Below, piece by piece: positions 27,628-37,118 of a stretch of DNA of 64,000 nucleotides (positions are counted from its first letter, which is position 1; the number at the start of each line of letters is the position of its first letter). The position numbers and the translations under genes are program-made. The DNA is from Myxococcota bacterium (GTDB lineage Bacteria; Myxococcota_A; UBA796; CAJQPC01): positions 1 through 64,000 of the forward strand of contig DASCPX010000129.1 in the NCBI GenBank assembly GCA_036012755.1, read 5' to 3'. The notes under the pieces were generated by a model. That model worked only from the letters and a program-made list of their open reading frames with translations. It was not told the DNA's origin and searched no databases.

Positions 27628-28310
27628 TGCTGCTCTGGATCGCCTGCGCGGCGCCGATGTCGGAGCCCGAGCTCGCGCCGACACCGGAGTGGCTCGCCGA
27701 GGCCCCGAAAGAGGTCTCCCTCGCGGCGACCGCGACCGTGCTCGGAGTACCACCCGGGCTCTATTCCAAGCACGGCCACCTGGCTCTCGACGTCGACCCC
27801 AAGCAGGTCGGGACCGGTCTCATCGTCACCCGGAAGCTCGACGATCGCACCGGCTTCATCGACAGCGAGGGCGCCCGCTTTCAGCTCCGCGAGCGCGACG
27901 GTCGCTGGCTCTTCGGGGACCTCGCCGCCGTGCAGCGCTACGCGGAGCCCGGCCGCATGGAGCTCGACGGCGTCGAGCTGATCGCAGGAGCCCAGCAGGC
28001 CTGGGTCCGCCCCAGGCGCATCTTCGCCGACCTCCTCCACGTCCAGGGGGTAGAGGGGCTGTGGCTGTCCTCCGGCTACCTGCTCGAGGACATCGACCAG
28101 GTCGCCTTCGGCTGGGACGAGGAGACCCTGCGCTTGCGAGCGACCTGCAGCGACGGGTGCTCAGAGGCCAACGCCACCAGCCTGAGGCGTTTCATCGCCG
28201 GAATACGAGCCTCGATGGACTGTCCGAGCGCGTGGCGTGGCCCGCTCCGGAGGCTGAGGGTCGGTCTCTTCGACGATGTCATCGCGGGAGCCGCTAAGCT
28301 CCAGGAGTGA
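27627..28310 (+). CDS. Hypothetical lipoprotein
   Basis: GTG overlaps the upstream TAG; LLWIAC; GTGA overlap with the next gene. Confidence 0.6.
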   Translation: MLLWIACAAPMSEPELAPTPEWLAEAPKEVSLAATATVLGVPPGLYSKHGHLALDVDPKQVGTGLIVTRKLDDRTGFIDSEGARFQLRERDGRWLFGDLAAVQRYAEPGRMELDGVELIAGAQQAWVRPRRIFADLLHVQGVEGLWLSSGYLLEDIDQVAFGWDEETLRLRATCSDGCSEANATSLRRFIAGIRASMDCPSAWRGPLRRLRVGLFDDVIAGAAKLQE

Positions 28311-31267
28311 TCATCCTCCTGGCATGCAAGGGCTCCCCGACGGCGCAGACCCCGGACATCGTCGGGGACTCGGACTCGGCCGTCGTCCAGTCGAGCGAGA
28401 CCCTCGTTATCAGCGAGGTGCTCGCCGACAGCTCCTCGGGCAGCGACTGGATCGAGGTCTTCAACCCGGGCCCGGACACTGTCGATCTCGCCGGCTGGAC
28501 GCTGTCGGACGATCCCGGTGAGCCGGGACGCTGGATGTTCCCGAGCCGCACGCTGGTCCCCGGAGAGTTCCTCGTCGTCTTCGCCTCCGGCGAGGATCTC
28601 GACGGAGAGGAGCTGCACACGAGCTTCTCCCTGTCTCGCGACGGCGAACACCTGGTGCTCGTCGAGCCCTCTGGTGCACTCTCCAGCGAGCTCGAGTACC
28701 CGGCGCTGCCAGAGGACGTGTCCTTCGGCCGCTCGCAGGTCGTGGAGCAGCGCATCGCCCTCGGCGACGGCGACACGGCCGAGTTCTCCCTGAGCGAGGA
28801 CGGCGCCACGACCGAGGTCCTCCTCGGGGTCGGCTTCGATGGCGACTACGGCAGCGGTGAGCTCACCAACCTGGCGCTCTTCGCGAGCACCACCCAGTCC
28901 ACGGACGGCTACGGCCGCACAGGCGCGCAGGCGGTCGACGGCGAGCTCTCGACCTTCTCCCACACGAACCTCGGGGACCTGGACCCCTGGTGGCAGGTCG
29001 ACCTCGACGACGAAGCCTGGATCGACGAGATCGTGCTCTACAGCCGCCTCGACTGCTGCGCCGAGCGCCTCTACAACCTCACCGTCGAGGTCCTCGACGA
29101 CGACGAGGTCCCGGTCTTCACGAGCGAGGTGCTCAACCCCTTCGCCGAAGGCGAGACCCCGGTCACTCCAGGAGAGGTGCTCTCGGTGAGTGTCGGCGAG
29201 CTCGGACGCTTCGTGCGCGTCTCCAAGGAGTCGGTGAACGGGGCCTCCAGCAGCGAGTGGCTCACCTTCGCGGAGGTCGAGGTGCTCGGCGCCGCCTCCG
29301 CCCCCTACGGCGAGCTCTTCCAGACCGACGTCGCCGAGCAGATGCTGGGCCTCAGCGCCGAGGGCTGGATCTACGTGGAGCTCGACGAGGTCGCGGACAG
29401 GGCGGTCCTCGAGGTGCAGGCGGACGACGGCTTCCGAGCATGGCTTGCCGGTGAGCTCGTGCTCGAGCACAACGTCGAGGCCGAGCCCGACTTCGCCACG
29501 GTCGAGGCCGTCGTGGACCCCGGCCTGCTCGACGGCTTCCTGCTCCAGGGGCTCAACACCGCGGCCGACGACGATGACTTCCTGCTGCGTCCGACCCTCA
29601 CCTCGAGCGACATCGAGACCGGCGGCCTGGGCTTCTTCACGGTGCCGACCCCGGGTGAGCCCAACGGCGTGGGCCTCGCGGGCTCCGTCGGCGAGGTCGA
29701 GGTGAGCGTGGCCCGCGGCTTCCTCGAGGCGCCGGAGTCCATTGCCGTCTGGACCCCTACCGAGGGGGCGACCCTGGTCTACACCCTCGACGGCAGCGAG
29801 CCGACGGCGGAGCACGGGGTGGCGGTCGACGGCGAGATCGTGCTGGATGTCGAGACCACGACCGTCCTGCGCGCCTTTGCCTACGCAGAGGGTCGCTGGG
29901 ACAGCCCGGTGGTGACCCACACCTGGCTCTTCCTCGAAGACGTCATCGAGCAACCCTCCGATCCCGAGGGCTTCCCGGCGACCTGGGACGGCATCAGCCA
30001 GTCCGCCGTCTATGCCGACTACGAGATGGACCCGGAGGTGGTGGAGGCCTACCGAGAGGACCTGCTGCGGGGTCTGCGCGCCATCCCCACGATGAGCGTC
30101 GTGATGGACCCGGAGGACCTCTTCGGCGCCGATGACGGCCTCTACGTGCACAGCCTGCAGCGGGGCCGGGAGTGGGAGCGAGAGGCCAGCATCGAGCTCA
30201 TCCTCCCCGACGGCTCGACGGGCTTCGTCGAGGACGCCGGGCTCAAGGTCCACGGCTACGGCTGGCGCTACCACAGCAACACGAAGAAGCACGCCCTGCG
30301 GCTGGAGTTCCGCGAAGACTACGGGGACAAGAAGCTGGAGTACCCGCTCTTCGCCGACGCCCCGGTCGACCGCTTCGACAGCATCGTGCTGCGCTGCCAG
30401 GGCTCCAGGTCCTGGCAGGACTTCCGGGACCCGGCCCAGGCTCAGTACATCCGCGACGCCTTCGCCCGGGACACGGCAAAGGACATGGGCAAGGTCGATG
30501 GCCACGCCACCTACGTCCACCTCTACCTCAACGGGCTCTACTGGGGTCTCTACATGCCGGTCGAGCGCCCTGACGCGGGCTTCGGCGAGGAGTACTTCGG
30601 CGGCACCGACAGCGAGTACGACGCCATCAACCGCCGGACGACCACCAACGAGGCCATCGACGGCACCCTGGAGGCCTACGAGGAGATGTTGGCGCTGGCC
30701 GACGCCGGGCTTGGCGACGATGCCGGCTGGGAGGCCATCAACGAGGTCCTCGATGTCGTCGATCTCGTCGACTACATGCTGATCCACCAGTACACGGTGA
30801 ACCTCGACGGGCCGGAGATCTTCAGCTCGAACAACATGCGCGGGGTGCGCAATCGGAACGGCGGACTGTGGCGCTTCTTCGTCTGGGACATGGAATACAG
30901 TCTCTGGACCCCGGAGATGAACTACAACATCGACGTCGACGTCGCCGGCAGCATCAGCCACGTCTACACCGCGCTGCGAGACAACCCAGAGTTCATCGCT
31001 CTCTACGACGAGCGGGCCACCCTGCACCTCACCGGCGCCGGCGCGCTCACGCCGGCGGCCTCGATCGCTCGCTACGAGGCTCGGGCCGAGGAGATCGAAG
31101 ACGCCATCATCGGCGAGTCCGCGCGCTGGGGCGACACGGACCGCGAGCCCCCGTACACCAGGGACGTCGAGTGGGAGCAGGAGCGCCAGCGCCTGCTCAC
31201 GGAGTTCTTTCCCACCCGGACCGAGGAGCTGATCGCCCAGCTCCAGGCGGCCGGGTTGTTGCAGTGA
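28307..31267 (+). CDS. CotH kinase-family lipoprotein with LTD, F5/8 (discoidin) and FN3-associated domains
   Basis: VISEVLA..DWIEVFN; AVDG..FSHT..PWWQVDL; YTLDGSEPT; VHLYLNGLYWGLY..VERPD; W.FFVWDME. Confidence 0.85.
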   Translation: MIILLACKGSPTAQTPDIVGDSDSAVVQSSETLVISEVLADSSSGSDWIEVFNPGPDTVDLAGWTLSDDPGEPGRWMFPSRTLVPGEFLVVFASGEDLDGEELHTSFSLSRDGEHLVLVEPSGALSSELEYPALPEDVSFGRSQVVEQRIALGDGDTAEFSLSEDGATTEVLLGVGFDGDYGSGELTNLALFASTTQSTDGYGRTGAQAVDGELSTFSHTNLGDLDPWWQVDLDDEAWIDEIVLYSRLDCCAERLYNLTVEVLDDDEVPVFTSEVLNPFAEGETPVTPGEVLSVSVGELGRFVRVSKESVNGASSSEWLTFAEVEVLGAASAPYGELFQTDVAEQMLGLSAEGWIYVELDEVADRAVLEVQADDGFRAWLAGELVLEHNVEAEPDFATVEAVVDPGLLDGFLLQGLNTAADDDDFLLRPTLTSSDIETGGLGFFTVPTPGEPNGVGLAGSVGEVEVSVARGFLEAPESIAVWTPTEGATLVYTLDGSEPTAEHGVAVDGEIVLDVETTTVLRAFAYAEGRWDSPVVTHTWLFLEDVIEQPSDPEGFPATWDGISQSAVYADYEMDPEVVEAYREDLLRGLRAIPTMSVVMDPEDLFGADDGLYVHSLQRGREWEREASIELILPDGSTGFVEDAGLKVHGYGWRYHSNTKKHALRLEFREDYGDKKLEYPLFADAPVDRFDSIVLRCQGSRSWQDFRDPAQAQYIRDAFARDTAKDMGKVDGHATYVHLYLNGLYWGLYMPVERPDAGFGEEYFGGTDSEYDAINRRTTTNEAIDGTLEAYEEMLALADAGLGDDAGWEAINEVLDVVDLVDYMLIHQYTVNLDGPEIFSSNNMRGVRNRNGGLWRFFVWDMEYSLWTPEMNYNIDVDVAGSISHVYTALRDNPEFIALYDERATLHLTGAGALTPAASIARYEARAEEIEDAIIGESARWGDTDREPPYTRDVEWEQERQRLLTEFFPTRTEELIAQLQAAGLLQ

Positions 31268-32521
31268 CTACTGGGCCATCGCGGAGATGAGGATGGCGGC
31301 GGTGTCGGAGCGCATGATCTCCGTCGGCGGGTTCTCTCCGGCCTGCAGCATCGCGCGGACCTTCTTGCCGCTGATGAACATGGGCTTGTCGCCCTCTGCC
31401 GTGTGGTTCGACATGAGGTCGACGCGGCCCATCGAGGGGTAGTAGGCGGCGAAGCCGACCTTGACCGGCTTGATGGCGAGGTGGCCGGGGAGCTCGTCGA
31501 AGATGGCCTGGGCGTCGAAGGGCCCCCAGATGGCCGAGCCGTCCTTGTAGGGGGCGTCCGCGTGCTGGCGGCCGATGACGATGTTCGTGAAGCCGTGGTT
31601 CTGGCGGTAGATGCCGTGCATCACTGCCTCGGCGGGGCCGCCGTAGAACATCTTGATGTCGAGACCGACGAGGTGGAAGACATCGTTGATGTCGTAGCCG
31701 ACGTCGTTCCAGAGCGCCGAGTCGCTGTCGCCCTGGCCCAGCAGGCGCTTCACCGCGAGGTTGCGGTAGGTGCGCATGCGGATCTCAGCGGTGACGTCGT
31801 CGCCCTTGAGTTCGCCGACCAGGGGGTTGAGGAACACGCCCGTGTACTTTCCGGACCGGGTCAGCTCCTGTGCGCCGTGGACCAGCGCGTACTCGTGGGC
31901 CCGGTGGAGCGGGTTGCGGGTCTGGAAGGCCAGGGCCGCCTCGTACTTGCGGCTGGCGATCAGCGCGCGGGTCTGGCGAGGGGTGAGCACCGTGTCGGAG
32001 AAGCTCGGGTGCGCCTTGTGGGGGAGGGTCTGGATCTCGCCGCCGACGAGCTTGGTGCGCGCGTCGCTGGTGACGATGTCGCCGCCGGGGTGGTCCGTGC
32101 GCTCGGTCGCGTAGACCGACTTGATGTAGGCGGCCTTGTCCCAGTCGTAGACCGAGCCGACCTTGAGCATGCCGATGACGCTGCCGGTGGAGTCGATGAT
32201 CGCCGCGGGCCTGCCGACCTGGAGCTTCGCCGCCTCCGCGTCGGTGATGGGGAGGGCCATCGGGATGGTCCAGGCGTAGTCGACGCCGTCGCGCGTGATG
32301 TTCCGGCGAGCCAGGACCTGGTTCCACTCGTCCTCGTTCATCGGGCCGGTCAGCGGCGACAGGGTGCCGTCGGAGAAGCGGTAGACGGCGCTGCGGTCGG
32401 CGTTGGTGACCGTGATCCTGGGCATGTCGATGGCTTCGGCCGCCAGGGCCTTGGCCTTGGACAGGGGAAGGACGAGGTCGACAGGCTCGGCGAGGCCGCC
32501 ATGCACGGGGACGAGGGACAT
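31268..32521 (-). CDS. sat: Sulfate adenylyltransferase
   Basis: PVHGG, DGTLSPLTG, AFQTRNPLHRAHE, M.YGGP.EA..H.I.RQN.G, ISG..VR. Confidence 0.93.
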   Translation of the reverse strand: MSLVPVHGGLAEPVDLVLPLSKAKALAAEAIDMPRITVTNADRSAVYRFSDGTLSPLTGPMNEDEWNQVLARRNITRDGVDYAWTIPMALPITDAEAAKLQVGRPAAIIDSTGSVIGMLKVGSVYDWDKAAYIKSVYATERTDHPGGDIVTSDARTKLVGGEIQTLPHKAHPSFSDTVLTPRQTRALIASRKYEAALAFQTRNPLHRAHEYALVHGAQELTRSGKYTGVFLNPLVGELKGDDVTAEIRMRTYRNLAVKRLLGQGDSDSALWNDVGYDINDVFHLVGLDIKMFYGGPAEAVMHGIYRQNHGFTNIVIGRQHADAPYKDGSAIWGPFDAQAIFDELPGHLAIKPVKVGFAAYYPSMGRVDLMSNHTAEGDKPMFISGKKVRAMLQAGENPPTEIMRSDTAAILISAMAQ

Positions 32522-32613
32522 TGTGGCTCCGGGGAAAACGGGGGGTAGGGGCCCCCCAATGGCACGGTGGGGCCGCCGTCGCAAGGTCTCAGCGGAAGGT
32601 TAGGTGCGCTCCC

Positions 32614-33885
32614 ATGGGCCCCGCAGACCTCGATCTGAAGCACGTCTGGCACCCCTTCACCCAGGCGGACGAGTGGGAGGCTTCGGCTCCGCTGGTCATC
32701 GAGCGGGCAGAAGGCGCCTGGCTCTTCGACACAGAGGGTCGGCGCTACCTCGACGGTGTCGCGTCGCTCTGGGTCGGTGTCCACGGCCACCGGCACCCCC
32801 ACGTCGACGCCGCGGTCACCGAGCAGCTCGGCCGCGTGGCCCACTCGACGCTGCTGGGCCTGGCGAACCTGCCCTCGACCGAGCTGGCGGCGCTGCTCTG
32901 CCAGAAGACCGGCTTCGATCGCGTCTTCTACAGCGACTGCGGCTCCAGCGCTGTCGAGGTGGCCCTGAAGATGGCCTTCCAGTGGCACCAGCAGCGGGGC
33001 GACACCGGTCGTCGCCGCTTCGCGGCCCTGGCCGAGGCCTACCACGGGGACACCCTCGGAGCGGTCAGCGTGGGAGGCATCTCGCTCTTCCACGAGGTCT
33101 ACGGGCCCCTGCTGTTCCCCAGCCTGCGCCTGCCCTGTCCGGCGGATCGAGAGGCCGAAGAGGCGCTGTCCGAGATGGCGGTAGAGGCTATTCACGACGC
33201 GGGTGACTCCCTGGCCGCGCTCATCGTCGAGCCCTTCGTCCAGGGCGCAGCGGGCATGCGCATGCACACCGCTGCCTACCTCGAGCCGGTCATCGCAGGG
33301 GCCCGAGAGGTGGGAGCCCTGGTCATCTGCGACGAGGTGGCCGTCGGCCTGGGCCGCACCGGCCCCTTCCTCGCCAGCGAGCGGCTGAGCGCGCCCCCCG
33401 ACATCGTCTGTCTCGGAAAGGGGCTGTCCAACGGCTACCTGCCCCTGGCCGCGACCCTCACCACCGAGCGTATCTACGACGGCTTCCGCGGGGACCACGG
33501 CCGCACCTTCTTCCACGGACACACCTTCACCGGCAACCCCCTGGCCTGCGCCGCCGCCAGGGCCTGCCTCGAGCTCTTCGACAGCGAGCACACCCTGTCC
33601 AACGTCGAGGCCCGGGCCCTGCAGCTCTCGGGGGGCCTCGAGCGCCTCGCCGGGCTCTCCTCGGTGAAGGGCGTGCGCCAGCTGGGCCTGATGGCGGCGG
33701 TGGACCTCGCCTCGGACGCCAAGCGCCAGGGACACAGGATCTGCCTGGCTCTTCGCGAGCACGAGGTGCTGCTGAGACCGCTCGGGAACACCCTGGTGCT
33801 GATGCCTCCCCTGTGCATTTCAGCGATGGAACTCGACCACCTCGTGGATGCCTTGGAGCGGGTGCTCGGACCCGTGGTCAGCTGA
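32614..33885 (+). CDS. bioA: Adenosylmethionine-8-amino-7-oxononanoate aminotransferase
   Basis: VWHPFTQ, GSSAVEVALKMA.Q, YHGDT.G, DEVA.G.GRTG, GKGL, FFHGHTFTGNP. Confidence 0.95.
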   Translation: MGPADLDLKHVWHPFTQADEWEASAPLVIERAEGAWLFDTEGRRYLDGVASLWVGVHGHRHPHVDAAVTEQLGRVAHSTLLGLANLPSTELAALLCQKTGFDRVFYSDCGSSAVEVALKMAFQWHQQRGDTGRRRFAALAEAYHGDTLGAVSVGGISLFHEVYGPLLFPSLRLPCPADREAEEALSEMAVEAIHDAGDSLAALIVEPFVQGAAGMRMHTAAYLEPVIAGAREVGALVICDEVAVGLGRTGPFLASERLSAPPDIVCLGKGLSNGYLPLAATLTTERIYDGFRGDHGRTFFHGHTFTGNPLACAAARACLELFDSEHTLSNVEARALQLSGGLERLAGLSSVKGVRQLGLMAAVDLASDAKRQGHRICLALREHEVLLRPLGNTLVLMPPLCISAMELDHLVDALERVLGPVVS

Positions 33886-34288
33886 GGTCGGCGGGCTCCA
33901 CCCGGCGCAGTCCGGCGATCCGATCGAAGTCCCTGTCGAAGGTGCAGAACGCGCTCGCCTGCTCCTCCAGGTAGACAGCCGCGTGCAGGGCGTCCCGCGC
34001 CGAGAGCGACGGGTCGTCGTCGAGGAGGCATCGAGCCCGGTCTAGCGCCCTCAGGTCGACCGGGAGCCAGGTCGGCACGATCTGCCGTGCGAGGTCGAAG
34101 ACGCGCTTGCCGTCGGCCCACCTGCCGATGGCCCTGTACCGATGGAGGATCTCCTGGAGCACCTCGACGTCGGCGCCAGCATCGACGTGCCCCCGCGCCA
34201 CGCGCTCGAGCAACTCCAGGCTGGGAGCCTTGTTGGGGTGCTCCGCGCCGGCCGCGTACATGATGATGTTGGCGTCGAGCAGGATCAC
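33878..34288 (-). CDS. vapC: VapC PIN-domain toxin
   Basis: MILLDANIIMYA, EVLQEIL, RDALHAA, TFDRDFD. Confidence 0.9.
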   Translation of the reverse strand: MILLDANIIMYAAGAEHPNKAPSLELLERVARGHVDAGADVEVLQEILHRYRAIGRWADGKRVFDLARQIVPTWLPVDLRALDRARCLLDDDPSLSARDALHAAVYLEEQASAFCTFDRDFDRIAGLRRVEPADLS

Positions 34289-34539
34289 GGGACGGGCTCG
34301 TCCCCGAATGGGACGGACTCGGCCTTCATCACGGCAGGGCTGTCGACCGGCAGCGCGAGCTCACCGAGCAGGCGCACTGCGTCCGCGCGCGCCTCCGGGT
34401 CGACCAGGCCGTACTGGGCTTCGACCGCGTCCCGGATCAAGCGGCCCATGCTGACTCCTCGGCGTTGGGCGAGGCTCCTGAGCCGTTGATGCTGCCTGGT
34501 GGTCAGCAGGATCGTCGTCCTGTGTTGGGTGGGTTCCAT
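34285..34539 (-). CDS. vapB: CopG/RHH antitoxin (VapB-like)
   Basis: RTTILL....L..LA.RRGVS...LIRDAV; 4-nt overlap with vapC; RBS GGAGG. Confidence 0.82.
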   Translation of the reverse strand: MEPTQHRTTILLTTRQHQRLRSLAQRRGVSMGRLIRDAVEAQYGLVDPEARADAVRLLGELALPVDSPAVMKAESVPFGDEPVP

Positions 34540-34548
34540 ATCCACCTC

Positions 34549-34586
34549 CATATGCATATGTTAGATCCAGTGGTGGGATCGGTCAA
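34549..34586 (-). promoter_or_regulatory. vapBC sigma-70 promoter and palindromic operator
   Basis: TTGACC-17-TAACAT; perfect palindrome catatgcatatg (34549-34560). Confidence 0.75.
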
Positions 34587-34643
34587 GCCTCCGGGCCGGA
34601 TCCGCGACTCCGGGTAGAATCGCTCACCTGAGAGGGGTTACCG

Positions 34644-35621
34644 ATGTGGGTCGTACTCATACAGCTGGCGCTCGCCCAGGATGTCACCGGCGGCGAACTC
34701 CACTCAGAGGCCACCGACGAGGTCTACGGCCACCTCGCGCTGAAGAAGCGGCTCTACTGTCACGTGCGGGCCGAGATCGACGAGGCCGGTCGGGTCTTCG
34801 TGGCCCAGGCGCAGGACTGCGTGTCCGGACTCGAGGAGGCCTCTGAGTCCCTGGTCCGGCGGTCGGGGTACACGCCGGTGCGCCTCGACGTCGAGCCCAC
34901 CCTGGCCTGGCTCGATGTCACCGTGATGTGGCAAGGCGGCCACCCGCGCAGCTGGGTGAACCTCGTGATCCCCCTCGCCGTCGAGCCCCTCCCGCCAGAG
35001 GTGGCGGTGGCCCGCACCGCCGAGCTGAGCCGCGCGGAGAAGGCACGCATCGGGGGAGCGGAGTGCATCTTCTCGGTGCTGGTCAGCGAGGACGAGGGGC
35101 TCGAGGTCCTCGACGTCGAGCGCTGCCCGGAGCACCTGGAGGAGCTCGCCCGGCTCGTCATGGTCACCAGCACCTACGAGGTCGAGGGCCAGCTCGCCGC
35201 TCGGCTGTCCGTGACCTTCGAGTTCGACAACCCGGTGACCTTGGCCTTCCTCCCGACCCGCCTGCCGCCAGAGCTCACCCCCGAGCAGGTCGAGCTCCTG
35301 CGCCGGCCGCGCATGCGCGACGAGCCGGTCGGCTACCCCAAGCTGGCGTACTTGAGGGACATCTACGGCCAGTGCTCGCTGCAGGTCGCCGTGGCCCCGA
35401 GCGGCGAGGTCGTGGACGTGGTCGTCGGCGAGACCTGCCACTCGATCTTCTCCCGCCATGCCCGCCGTACGGCCTACGCCACCACCTACTTTCCGCTCCA
35501 GTACGAGACACCGGTGAGCTTCGGGACCGGCATCGACTACTGCTTCCCGATGGTGGGGATCGCGACCGCCGAGCGCGTCGACTGCGACCCTCGGGCCCAC
35601 ACACCCGGGTGGGTGGACTGA
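34644..35621 (+). CDS. Secreted protein with TonB C-terminal-like domain(s)
   Basis: P.GYPKLA....IYGQC.LQV.V...G.V.DV.V; two earlier similar segments; signal ending LALA|QD. Confidence 0.6.
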   Translation: MWVVLIQLALAQDVTGGELHSEATDEVYGHLALKKRLYCHVRAEIDEAGRVFVAQAQDCVSGLEEASESLVRRSGYTPVRLDVEPTLAWLDVTVMWQGGHPRSWVNLVIPLAVEPLPPEVAVARTAELSRAEKARIGGAECIFSVLVSEDEGLEVLDVERCPEHLEELARLVMVTSTYEVEGQLAARLSVTFEFDNPVTLAFLPTRLPPELTPEQVELLRRPRMRDEPVGYPKLAYLRDIYGQCSLQVAVAPSGEVVDVVVGETCHSIFSRHARRTAYATTYFPLQYETPVSFGTGIDYCFPMVGIATAERVDCDPRAHTPGWVD

Positions 35622-35648
35622 GTGATACAGCCCTCGCTGGAGGGCGCG

Positions 35649-37088
35649 ATGGCCGAAGAGAAGACCGAAGACAAGGGCGGAGACAAGAGCGACAAGCCGG
35701 TCGAGCGCCCCGAGAAGCAGGTCGTCACCCAGCACTCCGCAGTGATCGCCGGCGGCGAGGTCGACTACACGGTCACCGTCGAGACCGTGAACCTGAAGGA
35801 CGACAAGGGCGAGGACCGCGCCTCGATCTTCGCCGTCAGCTATGTCCGCGACGCGGCGGACACCCAGCGTCCCGTGACCTTCTGCTTCAACGGGGGCCCG
35901 GGCTCCTCGGCTGTCTGGCTGCACTTCGGCGCCTTCGGGCCCAAGCGGGTCGACATCCCGGACCTCGTCACGGTCAAGCCCCCGCCGCACACGCTGATCG
36001 ACAACCCGGAGGGGCTCTTCGACCTGAGCGACCTGGTCTTCATCGACCCGGTCGGGACCGGCTTTTCACGGCCCGCCGGCGAGAAGAAGATCGACGCCTA
36101 CACCGGGGTGAAAGAGGACATCGAGTCCGTCGGCGAGTTCATCTGGCGCTGGCTCTCGAGGAACGGCCGCTGGAACAGCCCCAAGTTCATCGCAGGCGAG
36201 TCCTACGGCACCACCCGCTGCGGCGGGCTCGCCAACTGGCTGCAGGAGAAGGGCATCGCGCTCAACGGTGTGGTCCTCGTGAGCCTCGCCACGAACTTCC
36301 AGACCTTCGTCGCCGAGACGGGCAACGACCTCCCTCACGTCCTGTACCTGCCGACCTTCGCCCTTGTCGCCAGCTACCACGGGGTGATCCCGCAGGTGGA
36401 CCTCGACGAGGTCAAGCGCTTCGCCGTCGAGGACTACGCCCCGGCGCTGATGAAGGGAGACCGGCTCCCCGACGAGGATCGCGACGCCCTCGCCGAGCAG
36501 CTCGCGGCCTACACGGGGCTGCCTGCAGGCCAGATAGCTCGGCGCCAGCTGCGCATTCCCTACCTCTGGTTCGCCCGCAACCTGCTGGAGCTTCCGGACC
36601 ACACGGTGGGCCGCATGGACGGCCGGTACATCGGCCCCGACAGCGACCCCTACGCCCAGTCCATGGCGCGCGATCCGGCCATCGACGCAGTCTGGCCGAG
36701 CTTCACGGCGGTCGCCAACGACACGCTCCGGCGTGTCTATGGCTTCGAGAGCGACGAGCTCTACCAGGTCCTCAACATGGACGTGAACAAGGCCTGGCGC
36801 TGGTCCCAGGAGGGCCGCCTGGGCTTCATCAACACCAACGAGGACCTTCGGGCCGCCATCGTCGCCAACCCGCACCTGCGAGTCATCGTCTGCAACGGCG
36901 TCTACGACCTCGCCACGCCCATGTTCGCCGCCAGCTACAGCATCGACACCCTCGGCCTGCCCCAGGACCGGCGCGGAAACGTCTCGGTGGAGTTCTACGA
37001 GGCCGGCCACATGATGTACTTCCACCCGCCGAGCCTCGCGAAGCTCCGAGCGGACCTGGAGTCCTTCTACGCCAAGGCCCTGGGCTAG
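35649..37088 (+). CDS. Serine carboxypeptidase (S10)
   Basis: FNGGPGSS, FIDPVGTGFS, GESYG, G.YDLATP, YEAGHMMY. Confidence 0.92.
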   Translation: MAEEKTEDKGGDKSDKPVERPEKQVVTQHSAVIAGGEVDYTVTVETVNLKDDKGEDRASIFAVSYVRDAADTQRPVTFCFNGGPGSSAVWLHFGAFGPKRVDIPDLVTVKPPPHTLIDNPEGLFDLSDLVFIDPVGTGFSRPAGEKKIDAYTGVKEDIESVGEFIWRWLSRNGRWNSPKFIAGESYGTTRCGGLANWLQEKGIALNGVVLVSLATNFQTFVAETGNDLPHVLYLPTFALVASYHGVIPQVDLDEVKRFAVEDYAPALMKGDRLPDEDRDALAEQLAAYTGLPAGQIARRQLRIPYLWFARNLLELPDHTVGRMDGRYIGPDSDPYAQSMARDPAIDAVWPSFTAVANDTLRRVYGFESDELYQVLNMDVNKAWRWSQEGRLGFINTNEDLRAAIVANPHLRVIVCNGVYDLATPMFAASYSIDTLGLPQDRRGNVSVEFYEAGHMMYFHPPSLAKLRADLESFYAKALG

Positions 37089-37118
37089 CCACCGTCTACA
37101 ATCCGCGGCGGAGGACCG

